Positions 17,009-26,264 of a stretch of DNA of 64,000 bases are shown one piece after another. How positions within the stretch are numbered: the first letter of the stretch is position 1; each line of letters starts with the position of its first letter. Source of the DNA: an uncultured Candidatus Saccharibacteria bacterium (lineage in GTDB: Bacteria > Patescibacteriota > Minisyncoccia > Phycocordibacterales > JAACPR01); assembly GCA_964630375.1 (NCBI GenBank), contig CAZVRT010000001.1:135379-199378 (forward strand), given 5' to 3'. The position numbers and the translations under genes are program-made. Below the pieces are notes generated by a model. The model was not told the origin of the DNA, ran no database searches, and saw only the letters and a program-made list of their open reading frames with translations.

Positions 17009-17545
17009 ATGAATACAGTAATATCACCAGTAAATATCGAATCTCGAAAGAACTTGGACCTAAGACCAGGAGACACTGTTAAGGTTTACCAAAAAATTCA
17101 AGAAAAAGGAAAAACTCGACTTCAAGTATTTGAAGGTCTTGTTCTAGCTAGAAAGCACGGTACAGAAGCCGGAGCAACTTTCACTGTTCGACGTTCAACA
17201 GGTGGTTACGGAGTGGAAAAAATTTTCCCACTATATTCTCCAATGATTGAAAAAATCGAAATCGTAAAACGATCAAAAGTTCGACGAAGCAAGCTTTACT
17301 ACATCCGACGAAAAGCTCTAAAACAAATTTCTAAGAGAATGAAAATGATGTTTGTAAATATCGACGATACTGTAAAAGAAGGTGAAGTTATTCCAGAAGA
17401 AATCGCATCAGAAGAAACTGCAGATACAGAGGTTCATGAAGAAGTTGTAGAAGAAACACCTGTAGAGGCAGAAGTTTCTGAAACTCCGTCTGAAAACACA
17501 GAAGTAGTTTCAGAAGAGACAGAAGAAAAGAAAGAAGAGAACTAA
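17009..17545 (+). CDS. rplS: 50S ribosomal protein L19 with long acidic C-terminal extension
   Basis: RPGDTVKVYQKIQEKGKTRLQVFEGLVLARKHG...FTVRRSTGGYGVEKIFPLYSP is the L19 core. About 70 extra Glu-rich residues follow. Confidence 0.85.
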   Translation: MNTVISPVNIESRKNLDLRPGDTVKVYQKIQEKGKTRLQVFEGLVLARKHGTEAGATFTVRRSTGGYGVEKIFPLYSPMIEKIEIVKRSKVRRSKLYYIRRKALKQISKRMKMMFVNIDDTVKEGEVIPEEIASEETADTEVHEEVVEETPVEAEVSETPSENTEVVSEETEEKKEEN

Positions 17546-17574
17546 ATCTGGTATAATATTTCCGTACCCAACAT

Positions 17575-17649
17575 GGCGCCTATAGCTTAGTGGTAAAGCC
17601 CCGGTCTGTGGATCCGGTTACAGGGGTTCAATTCCCCTTAGGCGCCCCA
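17575..17649 (+). tRNA. tRNA-His (anticodon GTG) with encoded G-1 and CCA
   Basis: An extra 5' G pairs with discriminator C73. Acceptor stem GCGCCTA/TAGGCGC, anticodon loop CTGTGGA, T-arm AGGGGTTCAATTCCCCT. Confidence 0.85.
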
Positions 17650-17690
17650 ATTAATTTAAAATAAAAATGCCATTTCTGGCAATATTTGAT

Positions 17691-17948
17691 TCAAGTATTT
17701 CTGCGATGTGCAAGGTCTCGTCGCTTAATCAAATCCATGTGATATTTTACTCGTTCTTCGGCTGTCATGACTGACATAGCCTCAAAGTCTAAGTTCAAAG
17801 ACGAGTGAAATTCATCTTTTCGAATCCACAAACGATTCCACCAGAGTTTGATTCTTTTGTTCCAGATTTTTCTTTTGATATTTCTGGCATCACATTTGAG
17901 GTTGTAGAACCAAAACCACACCGAAAACTTAAAGTTACGTTTTTTCAT
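17691..17948 (-). CDS. Hypothetical Trp/Lys-rich small protein
   Basis: 85-aa ORF next to tRNA-His, with no recognisable motif. Confidence 0.25.
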   Translation of the reverse strand: MKKRNFKFSVWFWFYNLKCDARNIKRKIWNKRIKLWWNRLWIRKDEFHSSLNLDFEAMSVMTAEERVKYHMDLIKRRDLAHRRNT

Positions 17949-18430
17949 AGTTTTGTGCTTTTTCTGACAGTATAACAGAAAAATATTGTTTTGCTACTAT
18001 TCTTACTAGGGAGGTTTGCTAAATGCCCAAGTGAAAGATAAAATTAGATTATGTTCAAACTAATCATTGTAATCTTAGCTTTTTTAGCAATTCTAGCTCT
18101 ATTTAATTAGGAAAAATAAGACTATCGTTGTCGAGCTTTTCTTCGAGGATTGATCTTATTGATTCGGTAAAGCTTACCTCGTCGTCTAACTAGTTGATCT
18201 CCCGGTTTTTCTTTTCTGATTGCTGATTTGATTTTCATAACTTTTGAATTTTGTAGTTGACTATTTTTAGCATATTTAGATGAGACTTGCAAACTTCGCT
18301 TGTCAATTTTCTGATTTTACTTATCCACAGCTTTCTACCAGTTTGTTGCAGATTTTAGGTTCTATAGATTTTAAAAAAAACTTAATCTTATATAATTAGA
18401 AAGATTTTAAAATTAATTGAGGAAAACTTT

Positions 18431-20983
18431 ATGACACCACTTGAGATTACCATCACAAAACGAGATGGCACAAAGGCAACTTTCAACGCTGACCGAATTA
18501 ATAAAGCAATTGAAAGAGCTTGTGCCGATTTGCCAAACGCTACTGAGATGGTGATGCAAGTTGCAACAGAAACTTCTTTGACTTTATACGATGGTGTTAC
18601 AGAAGATGAGCTAGATGAGGCGGTTATAAACGCTGCTTTGCAAAATATTCAATACGATACAAATTATGACATTGTTGCAAAAAGAATTTTGCTAAAAACT
18701 ATTTACGCTCGTGTTTTAGGAGACTACGACAAGTTAGATAAAGAAGCTCCTCAAATTCTTCATCAAAAAAGATTTCCTGAACATGTTAAACAATGGGTTG
18801 ATAGAGGTTTGTTAGACCGAAGAATGGTTGAGAAGTTTGATTTGCCAGAACTTGCTAATGCTTTAGATACATCAAGAGATGAGCTTTTTAATTATGCCGG
18901 ACTATCTGGTTTGCTAAATAGATATGCTCTAAAAGGTGAGAATCAAAAAGCTATTGAAACACCTCAATTTACTTTTATGCGAGTTGCAATGGGTCTTTCT
19001 TACAATGAACAAAACCCAAATGAAATTGCAAAGAAATTTTATGAAAAACTTTCAAAGCTAGAATATCTTGCCGGAGGTTCAACGAATCTAAACTCAGGGA
19101 CAGTTATGCCAGCTCTTTCAAACTGTATTCTTCTTGAAGTGCACGATTCAATGGATCATATTGCAAAGTCGGTTTCAGATATTATGCTTCTTTCAAAAGG
19201 TTCTGCTGGTATCGGTGCTTCTATCACAAAGTTGCGAGCATCAGGTTCTCCTTTAACTTCTTCAAATACAGTTTCATCAGGCCCTATTCCATTTTTGAAA
19301 ATTATTGATGTTGCAATTCGAGCGATTCAAAGAGGAGGAAAGAAAAAAGGTGCTCTGGCTTTTTATATGGAAAACTGGCACATCGACTTTCCAGACTTTC
19401 TTGAAGCAAGATTCAACAACGGAGATGAGCACTTGAGATTCCGAACAGCAGATACTGCAGCTTTCATGTCTGACGAATTTATGAAAAGAGTTCGCAATGG
19501 GGAACAATGGTATATGTTTGATCCAAAAGAAGTTCCGGATTTGAATGAACTTTACGGAGAGGCTTTTTCAAGAAGATATCACGAATATATTCAAATGGCA
19601 GAAGCAGGAAAAATGCGAACTTACAGAAAAGTTCCAGCGCGAGAGCAATACCGACAAATTACAGCGAGCTTGGTTTCAACTTCTCACCCTTGGATTACTT
19701 TCAAAGATGCAATCAACTTGCGAGCTTTGAACGACAACACCGGAACAATTCACATGTCGAACTTGTGTACAGAAATTTGTTTGCCACAAGACAAAGACAA
19801 TATTGCTGTATGTAACTTGGCTTCAATAAACTTATCTCAACACTTGAAGGGGAAAGAAGTTGATTGGCAAAAATTGGAAAATACGACTCGTATTTCTGTG
19901 CGACATTTAGATAACCTCATTGATATTAACCAGCTTCCAGTTCCTGAAGCTGCAAATTCAGACAAAAACAACAGAGCTGTTGGCCTTGGAGTTATGGGAC
20001 TTGCTGATGTGTTTGAAAAAATGGGCTGGTCATATGAACACAAAGAAGCTTACGATTTTGCTGACAGTATTTTTGAATTTATCAGTTACATGGCGATTGA
20101 TGAAAGTGCTAATCTTGCGCAAGAAAGAGGAAGTTACCCAAATTTCCAAGGTTCTCAATGGTCAAAAGGAAAAGTACCTATCGATACTTTGGAGAGACTA
20201 GAAAAAGAAAGAGGAATTGTTTTGACAGTAGATAAAACTTCAAAGCACGGTGGTCTTGATTGGAATGTTTTGCGAGAGAAAGTTAAGAAGGGAATGAGAA
20301 ACGCAACGCTTATGGCAATTGCTCCAAATGCAAATATCGGACTTGTTGGAGGAACTGTTCCTGGAATCGATCCAAGATTCGCACAAGTTTTCTCAAGAAA
20401 TAAAATTTCAGGAAAATATCTTGATATCAACACAAACTTGGTGAACGATTTGAAATCAAGAGGACTTTGGGAAAAAATGCGAGGAAAGATTTTTGAGGCA
20501 CAAGGCGATATCGAAAAAATCGAAGATATGCCACAAGATTTGAAAGACATTTACAAAACATCTTTCACAACTTCTCCTTATGCATTTATTGAAATCGCAG
20601 CTCGAGCTCAAAAATGGGTTGATCAAGCTTTGTCACGAAATATGTACTTGAGAACTAGAGACAACGAAGAGATTATGAAAATTTATTCTACTGCTTGGGA
20701 AAAAGGTGTGAAGACAACTTATTATCTACACATGGAACCAAGACATACAATTGAACAATCAACTACAAAAGTAAACAAAGCTGCTACACTTGGAAAAACA
20801 GGATTTGGTGCTATCAAAGCTAAACTAGCAGCCGCGGCTCCAGAGCCAGTAAATGCTCAAGAAGTTACAGCAAACGAAGTTGTCTCAACTACTGAAGTAC
20901 AAAAACCAAAGTATGTAGTTGTAAATAGAAACGACGGTCCAGTAGATCCTCAAGAAAGTTTTATCTGCGACAGTTGTCAGTAG
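18431..20983 (+). CDS. nrdA: Ribonucleoside-diphosphate reductase alpha subunit (class I) with N-terminal ATP-cone
   Basis: ITKRDGTKATFNADRINKAIERA (ATP-cone), NLCTEI active-site loop, C-terminal cysteine pair ...CDSCQ. 850 aa. Confidence 0.9.
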   Translation: MTPLEITITKRDGTKATFNADRINKAIERACADLPNATEMVMQVATETSLTLYDGVTEDELDEAVINAALQNIQYDTNYDIVAKRILLKTIYARVLGDYDKLDKEAPQILHQKRFPEHVKQWVDRGLLDRRMVEKFDLPELANALDTSRDELFNYAGLSGLLNRYALKGENQKAIETPQFTFMRVAMGLSYNEQNPNEIAKKFYEKLSKLEYLAGGSTNLNSGTVMPALSNCILLEVHDSMDHIAKSVSDIMLLSKGSAGIGASITKLRASGSPLTSSNTVSSGPIPFLKIIDVAIRAIQRGGKKKGALAFYMENWHIDFPDFLEARFNNGDEHLRFRTADTAAFMSDEFMKRVRNGEQWYMFDPKEVPDLNELYGEAFSRRYHEYIQMAEAGKMRTYRKVPAREQYRQITASLVSTSHPWITFKDAINLRALNDNTGTIHMSNLCTEICLPQDKDNIAVCNLASINLSQHLKGKEVDWQKLENTTRISVRHLDNLIDINQLPVPEAANSDKNNRAVGLGVMGLADVFEKMGWSYEHKEAYDFADSIFEFISYMAIDESANLAQERGSYPNFQGSQWSKGKVPIDTLERLEKERGIVLTVDKTSKHGGLDWNVLREKVKKGMRNATLMAIAPNANIGLVGGTVPGIDPRFAQVFSRNKISGKYLDINTNLVNDLKSRGLWEKMRGKIFEAQGDIEKIEDMPQDLKDIYKTSFTTSPYAFIEIAARAQKWVDQALSRNMYLRTRDNEEIMKIYSTAWEKGVKTTYYLHMEPRHTIEQSTTKVNKAATLGKTGFGAIKAKLAAAAPEPVNAQEVTANEVVSTTEVQKPKYVVVNRNDGPVDPQESFICDSCQ

Positions 20984-21024
20984 ATTTTGTTTAGAAGTTT
21001 ATCAATTTAATTTTTAAAAATATT

Positions 21025-21999
21025 ATGTTAATTGGAACAGCGGAAGAAAAAGATTACAATATTTATCCATCATCATATCCTTGGGCGAGAGAGCTTTATG
21101 ATCAAGCTGTTGCCAATACATGGTTTCCAAAAGAAATCCCATTGAAGGAAGATTTGGACGATTTGCAATCAATGACAGAAGATGAAGTTGATGCTGTTAA
21201 ATTCATAATGTCTTTCATGAATCCGGCTGAATTGGTTGTGAACAGATCAATTGCACTTGGAATTTATCCATATCTAAAATCTGCAGAGTGTCATTTGTTC
21301 TTGGCAAAATGGATGTGGGAAGAAGCGAACCACTGTATGACTTTTGAATACATGTTGGAAACTTTCCCTTGGGACAGAGATGAAATTTATGGAAAGCACT
21401 TGGTTACACCGACAATGCAAGCAAAAGAAGAGTTTGTTCAAAAATTCACAAAAAGAATGACAGAAGAAACTCTTGATATTACAACTCCGGAAGGTAAAAA
21501 AGATTTTATTAGAAATCTTGTGGCTACAAACGTGGTGATGGAAGGAGTTTGGTTCTATTCAGGATTCATGGTGATGCTTTCTTTCAGACAAAGAAATAAA
21601 TTGCGAAACTTTGGTTCTTTGATTACATGGATTGTGCGAGATGAAAGTTTGCACCTAAAATTTGGAATGACATTGCTTCTAACTATTCTTGAAGAAAATT
21701 CAGAGCTTGTGACAGAAGAATTTGCAACAGAAATTCGAGACATGATTGTTGCGGGAGTTGAAATTGAAATCGCATACAATCAAGAATTGTTCCCAAATGG
21801 AATTCTTGGATTGAACGCTGACTATGTAAATCAATATGTAAGATATGTAGCTGACAGACGACTTGAAGAATTAGGATTTGAACCTCACTACAACGTACAA
21901 AACCCAGCAAAATGGATGGCAACATCAACAGATGTTTTGGAGTTAGTTAACTTCTTTGAACAACAAAACACAAGTTACGAAGTAAATACAAAAGCTTAA
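21025..21999 (+). CDS. nrdB: Ribonucleoside-diphosphate reductase beta subunit
   Basis: EANHCMTFEY and DESLHLKFG di-iron ligand motifs, VMEGVWFYSGF. Confidence 0.9.
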   Translation: MLIGTAEEKDYNIYPSSYPWARELYDQAVANTWFPKEIPLKEDLDDLQSMTEDEVDAVKFIMSFMNPAELVVNRSIALGIYPYLKSAECHLFLAKWMWEEANHCMTFEYMLETFPWDRDEIYGKHLVTPTMQAKEEFVQKFTKRMTEETLDITTPEGKKDFIRNLVATNVVMEGVWFYSGFMVMLSFRQRNKLRNFGSLITWIVRDESLHLKFGMTLLLTILEENSELVTEEFATEIRDMIVAGVEIEIAYNQELFPNGILGLNADYVNQYVRYVADRRLEELGFEPHYNVQNPAKWMATSTDVLELVNFFEQQNTSYEVNTKA

Positions 22000-22004
22000 A
22001 AACT

Positions 22005-22187
22005 ATGTACGGAAACCCATCATTTGAAACAAGAAAGAATGCGGAAGAAGAAGGGAATTGCGGCTGTTTTCCTGATAATCCTAAAAATGGTAATTGTGAG
22101 AATTGTAAACATCGAAAAAAATTCTTGGAAATGTTAAACTCTGAAAGTTCTGATGTTGAAGTGGATGAGGTAGAAGCAGAAAAATAA
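22005..22187 (+). CDS. Small Cys-rich (zinc-ribbon-like) protein
   Basis: 60-aa ORF with CGC...C..C spacing (GNCGCFPDNPKNGNCENC), tightly packed between nrdB and folD. Confidence 0.4.
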   Translation: MYGNPSFETRKNAEEEGNCGCFPDNPKNGNCENCKHRKKFLEMLNSESSDVEVDEVEAEK

Positions 22188-22195
22188 TTCTAAAA

Positions 22196-23023
22196 ATGAT
22201 TTTACTTGATGGAAAAAAAATAGCTGAAGAAAAATCAGTCGGTTTGCGAGAATCTTTTGAAAAATTGGATGTAAAATCTAAGCTTCTTATTGTGCGTGTC
22301 GGAGAAGATTCAGCTTCTGATGTTTATGTTTCTAAAAAAGTTGAGTTTGGAGAGAAAGTTGGAGTTGATGTGGAAGTGGTTCATTTGTCTGATGAAGTTT
22401 CTGAAGAGGATGTTATTGCCGAGGTAAAAAGGGGAAATGAAAATCGAAATATAAAAGGAATTATTGTTCAACTTCCTTTGCCTAAAAATTTGAATAAAGA
22501 AAATATTTTAAATTCAATCAGTGCTGAGAAAGATGTTGATGGACTTACTGCAAAAAATCTTTGGAAGTTGATGAATGATGGTTCTGGAATTATTCCTGCG
22601 ACGGCTGGAGCGGTGGATTTGCTTTTGAAAGAATATCATATTGATGTTGTTGGAAAACACATTGTGATAGTCGGTGATTCAATTTTAGTTGGTAAGCCAA
22701 TGGCAATTCACTTTTTAAATAGAGATGCGACTGTGACTATTTGTCATGACAAAACTCGTGATTTGGCGAGCTTTACCAAGCAAGCAGATATTTTAATTGT
22801 GGCAGTTGGGAAACAAAATTTGATAAATCATTTTCATGTAGAAAAAGATCAGGTTGTTATAGATGTTGGAATTAATCGACTTGATGATGGAAAAGTTTCC
22901 GGAGATGTTGATTTTGATTCTGTGAAAGATTTAGTTTCTGCTATTACGCCTGTGCCTGGAGGAATTGGCCCACTGAATGTATTTTATCTTTTTGAAAACT
23001 TGCTTTCAATTAGTAAAAAATAG
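22196..23023 (+). CDS. folD: Bifunctional methylenetetrahydrofolate dehydrogenase/cyclohydrolase
   Basis: MILLDGKKIA...VQLPLP...DVDG...GKHIVIVGDSILVGKPMA matches the FolD architecture. Confidence 0.85.
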   Translation: MILLDGKKIAEEKSVGLRESFEKLDVKSKLLIVRVGEDSASDVYVSKKVEFGEKVGVDVEVVHLSDEVSEEDVIAEVKRGNENRNIKGIIVQLPLPKNLNKENILNSISAEKDVDGLTAKNLWKLMNDGSGIIPATAGAVDLLLKEYHIDVVGKHIVIVGDSILVGKPMAIHFLNRDATVTICHDKTRDLASFTKQADILIVAVGKQNLINHFHVEKDQVVIDVGINRLDDGKVSGDVDFDSVKDLVSAITPVPGGIGPLNVFYLFENLLSISKK

Positions 23024-23059
23024 AAGTATCATAAAGATATTATTATTTAATAAATTTTT

Positions 23060-23875
23060 ATGAGTTTTGATTCAGATCGTTTTGTTTCAGATAAAGCTTA
23101 CGCAACAGGAAAGACAATGTTTGTCGGAGTTGTGGCACTAACTTTGCTTGCAGCTTTTTTGGCGACAAAAATTATTACAGAAGTTATTGAGTGGAATAAA
23201 GCAGACAATGTTTATCCTACAAATGTAATCAGCGTTTTTGGTGAAGGAGAAGTTGTTGCTGTTCCTGACGTTGCAGAATTTTCATTTTCAGTAAATGAAA
23301 GAGGCGATAGTGTAGAAGCTGCTCAAGGTGTAGCTACTGGAAAAATTAATGCAGCGATTGATTTTCTAAAAGGTAAAGGAATCGAAGAAAAAGATATTGA
23401 AACAACAGGATATAATGCATACCCTCGTTATCAATACACAACATGTACAGGAACTGTTTGTGTAAACGAACAAACATTGATTGGTTATGAAGTTAGTCAA
23501 AATGTTTCAGTAACTGTTCGAGATACTTCAAAAGCAGGAGAATTGCTTTCTGGTGTAGGTTCAACAGGTATTTCAAATATCTCAGGACTTTCATTCAAGA
23601 TTGATGATATGGAAAAGTACAAGCAAGAAGCTAGAATGATTGCAATTGAAAAAGCAAAAGATCAAGCAAAAGATCTTGCAAAAGGTTTGGATGTTAAGTT
23701 GAAAGGAATCATCAACTTTAGTGAAGATTCTGGATATTATGGATATGGTGGAATGAATGCTGTTCCTGAAATGTCTGTACGACAAATGTCAGCAGATATG
23801 GCAGCGTCACCGCAACTTCCTTCAGGAGAAGAGAAGGTTCGAACAAAAGTTTATATTACATACGAATTTAAATAA
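23060..23875 (+). CDS. SIMPL/DUF541 domain protein (periplasmic immunogenic protein-like)
   Basis: N-terminal TM anchor. ISVFGEGEVVAVPDVAEFSFSVNERGDSVEAAQ...GYNAYPRY is characteristic of the SIMPL domain. Confidence 0.6.
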   Translation: MSFDSDRFVSDKAYATGKTMFVGVVALTLLAAFLATKIITEVIEWNKADNVYPTNVISVFGEGEVVAVPDVAEFSFSVNERGDSVEAAQGVATGKINAAIDFLKGKGIEEKDIETTGYNAYPRYQYTTCTGTVCVNEQTLIGYEVSQNVSVTVRDTSKAGELLSGVGSTGISNISGLSFKIDDMEKYKQEARMIAIEKAKDQAKDLAKGLDVKLKGIINFSEDSGYYGYGGMNAVPEMSVRQMSADMAASPQLPSGEEKVRTKVYITYEFK

Positions 23876-23902
23876 AATTTAATTCGTACATCGTACAACA
23901 CA

Positions 23903-23945
23903 AAAACCCGCAAAATATTCTATTTTGCGGGTTTTTGTGTTTTTA
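23903..23945 (+). terminator. Rho-independent terminator
   Basis: aaaacccgcaaaatattctattttgcgggtttttgtgttttt has an 11-bp stem plus a T-run. Confidence 0.75.
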
Positions 23946-24033
23946 TTTTCAAATTTTTCTTAAATTCGGCTTTATTTAAAGCTTATTTGTTGATTTGACT
24001 CAAATTAGATAGTGCGGTATTATATGTAAGTTC

Positions 24034-24056
24034 GCCCCTCAGGGGCGTTTTAAATT
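24034..24056 (+). terminator. Small GC hairpin upstream of secE (terminator or attenuator)
   Basis: cgcccctcaggggcg followed by ttttaaatt. Confidence 0.35.
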
Positions 24057-24068
24057 ACAGAAAAATTT

Positions 24069-24245
24069 ATGAGAATCATTCGTTACATAAAAGAAACAGC
24101 AGCAGAAATGAAGCATGTTACTTGGCCAACAAAAAGACAAGCAATGGTTTATACAATTTTAATTGTTATTATCTCGCTTTTTGTAGCTGCATACTTAGGA
24201 CTTGCAGACTGGCTATTTACAAGCTTTGTAAAATTATTCGTTTAA
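24069..24245 (+). CDS. secE: Preprotein translocase subunit SecE (58 aa, below the ORF-track cutoff)
   Basis: Manually translated as MRIIRYIKETAAEMKHVTWPTKRQAMVYTILIVIISLFVAAYLGLADWLFTSFVKLFV*. It has a single C-terminal TM, conserved WPT/RQ features, and sits directly upstream of nusG. Confidence 0.7.
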   Translation: MRIIRYIKETAAEMKHVTWPTKRQAMVYTILIVIISLFVAAYLGLADWLFTSFVKLFV

Positions 24246-24258
24246 TCGTTAATTTTTT

Positions 24259-24804
24259 ATGGCAAAACAACAACCCGCTCGAGAGCGAAATTGGTATGCA
24301 ATTCACACCTACGCAGGTTATGAAAACGCAGTGCTAAAAAATTTGAAACAAAGAATTGAATCTCTTGGAATGGAGGACAAAATCTTTAATGTGATTGTGC
24401 CTACAGAAAAGAAAATCAAAATCAAAGCAGGGAAGAAAGTTGAAGTAGAAGAAAAAATCTATCCAGGATATGTTTTGGTAGATATGGATGTAACGGATGA
24501 TTCTTGGTTTGTGGTTAGAAACACTCCTAGAGTTACTGGTTTCGTTGGTTCAGGAGTATATCCTGTTCCTTTGGAACAAAAAGAAGTAGACGAATTATTT
24601 AGTCGAATGCAAAAAGATACAGCAAAACACTCAATTAACCTTGAAGTTGATGACATGATTATGGTTGTTGACGGGCCATTTAAAGAGCTAGAAGGGAAAA
24701 TTGAGGAAGTCGACGAAGAACGAGGTAAAATCAAGGTTTTGGTCTCAATGTTCGGTCGAGAAACTCCTGTGGAGCTAGACTTCTTGCAGGTTAAGAAAAT
24801 TTAA
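24259..24804 (+). CDS. nusG: Transcription termination/antitermination factor NusG
   Basis: [14 protein letters not shown] (NGN domain) and C-terminal KOW ([20 protein letters not shown]). Confidence 0.9.
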   Translation: MAKQQPARERNWYAIHTYAGYENAVLKNLKQRIESLGMEDKIFNVIVPTEKKIKIKAGKKVEVEEKIYPGYVLVDMDVTDDSWFVVRNTPRVTGFVGSGVYPVPLEQKEVDELFSRMQKDTAKHSINLEVDDMIMVVDGPFKELEGKIEEVDEERGKIKVLVSMFGRETPVELDFLQVKKI

Positions 24805-24822
24805 GCTAATCTCTAAAGACTT

Positions 24823-25245
24823 ATGGCAAAGAAAATAACAAAACAATTGAAGCTACAAGTTCCTGCGGGGAAGGCAGTTCCTGCTCCGCCTCTTGGACCT
24901 TCTTTAGGACAAGCTGGTATAAACATCAGTGAATTTATCAATAGATTTAATGCAGATACACAAAGCCGGATGGGCGAGATTGTACCAACAGTGGTTACAG
25001 TTTACGAAGACAGAAGCTTTGATCTGGAATACAAAAAACCGCCGGCAAGTTTCTTGATTATGAAAGCAGCTGGAATCAAAGGAGGTTCTGGAAGCAATAT
25101 TCAAAAGAAAGCTGGTTCTATTACAGAAGCTCAATTGAGAGAAATTGCACAAGAGAAAATGGAAGACTTGAGTGCGAATGATGTTGAGGCTGCGATGAAG
25201 ATTATGGCGGGGTCGGCTCGGTCAATGGGAGTTGAAGTTAAATAA
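24823..25245 (+). CDS. rplK: 50S ribosomal protein L11
   Basis: KLQVPAGKAVPAPPLGPSLGQAGINI is the canonical L11 N-terminal domain. Confidence 0.9.
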   Translation: MAKKITKQLKLQVPAGKAVPAPPLGPSLGQAGINISEFINRFNADTQSRMGEIVPTVVTVYEDRSFDLEYKKPPASFLIMKAAGIKGGSGSNIQKKAGSITEAQLREIAQEKMEDLSANDVEAAMKIMAGSARSMGVEVK

Positions 25246-25255
25246 AGCTCAAAAA

Positions 25256-25346
25256 TAAAAACACCGAAAATTATTCTCTGCGTCAACGGCTTCGGTCTCT
25301 GACCTGCAGATGTTTCCTTAGAGAATAATTTTCGGTGTTTTTATTT
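25256..25346 (+). terminator. Long-stem hairpin (19-bp perfect stem, ~40-nt GC-rich loop) after rplK
   Basis: acaccgaaaattattctct ... agagaataattttcggtgt, followed by ttttatttt. rplA does not follow. Confidence 0.55.
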
Positions 25347-25379
25347 TCAAAATTTATTGTATTTCAACTTAATTAAAAA

Positions 25380-26264
25380 ATGGTAAACTCTTTAGATATG
25401 AAAAAATTTTTTAAGAATTTTGTAGAAGATTTTAAGAATTCGCTGTATGGAGGAGATTATAAAGGGCACTTTGCTGATAGAAAATTTTCAACTGCTTTGA
25501 AATATGTTTTTAAATTGGTTTCGATTGAAATGCTGGTTGTAATTATTTTTAGTTCGGTATTTTTGTTTCCTGCGGTAAAGCTAATTTTGGATAGAGACAG
25601 CATTGTTGATTTTGTTGATACTCACATGCCAGCAGATAAAAGTATTGAAATAAAAGAGGGAAGAGTAATTACCTCTGATGGAGAACCGATTTTTATAAAC
25701 GCACCTGATAGACTAAAAGAAACCGGAGTTGAGTATTTTGTTGTAATCGATCCTTCAATTACTACAACAGAAAATATAATTCAGTTATTTGAAACTTATA
25801 ACACTGCTAACTTAATAACTTCAAATATGTCTGTGACAAGAAATGAAACAGGTTCTGTCGAAATTACTTCTTTGAAAAATTATCCAGATTTTTTAATTAC
25901 AAATGAAAGTATTTTGGGTATTTACGAAAAAGCGAGACCATTTGTTTTTGTGCTGATTCCTTTGATGGTAATTTTCGGATTTATTTTCGGGACTATTTTT
26001 AGAGTAATTTTCTCACTATTTTTGGCGTTAATAATTTCATTGGGCGTGCTTTTAATTTCAAGATTCAAGAAAATTGATTTGAATTTTAAGCAAGCATATA
26101 TAATTTCAATGTATGCGATAACAATTACAGCTATAATCAGTGTGATTCAATCAATAATTAAAGCTGATGTTGTTGGTTTTATTTTGATGGTTGCTCTTAC
26201 TTTATTGCTAGTTATTGTGAATCTAAAAAATAAAAAAACCGCTGATTACTCAGCGGATAATTGA
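25380..26264 (+). CDS. Hypothetical polytopic membrane protein
   Basis: 294-aa ORF with an N-terminal soluble segment and four C-terminal TM helices. A hairpin lies in its last codons. Confidence 0.45.
   Translation: MVNSLDMKKFFKNFVEDFKNSLYGGDYKGHFADRKFSTALKYVFKLVSIEMLVVIIFSSVFLFPAVKLILDRDSIVDFVDTHMPADKSIEIKEGRVITSDGEPIFINAPDRLKETGVEYFVVIDPSITTTENIIQLFETYNTANLITSNMSVTRNETGSVEITSLKNYPDFLITNESILGIYEKARPFVFVLIPLMVIFGFIFGTIFRVIFSLFLALIISLGVLLISRFKKIDLNFKQAYIISMYAITITAIISVIQSIIKADVVGFILMVALTLLLVIVNLKNKKTADYSADN

Noticed and set aside
24122-24337. 71-aa ORF from the six-frame track.
   Set aside because: It is an alternative frame spanning the secE 3' end and nusG 5' end. secE (24069-24245) and nusG (24259-24804) explain the region.
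26239-26256. Hairpin ccgctgattactcagcgg as a terminator of the 25380-26264 membrane-protein gene.
   Set aside because: It lies inside the last codons of the CDS and is not followed by a T-run, so it is not reported as a terminator.
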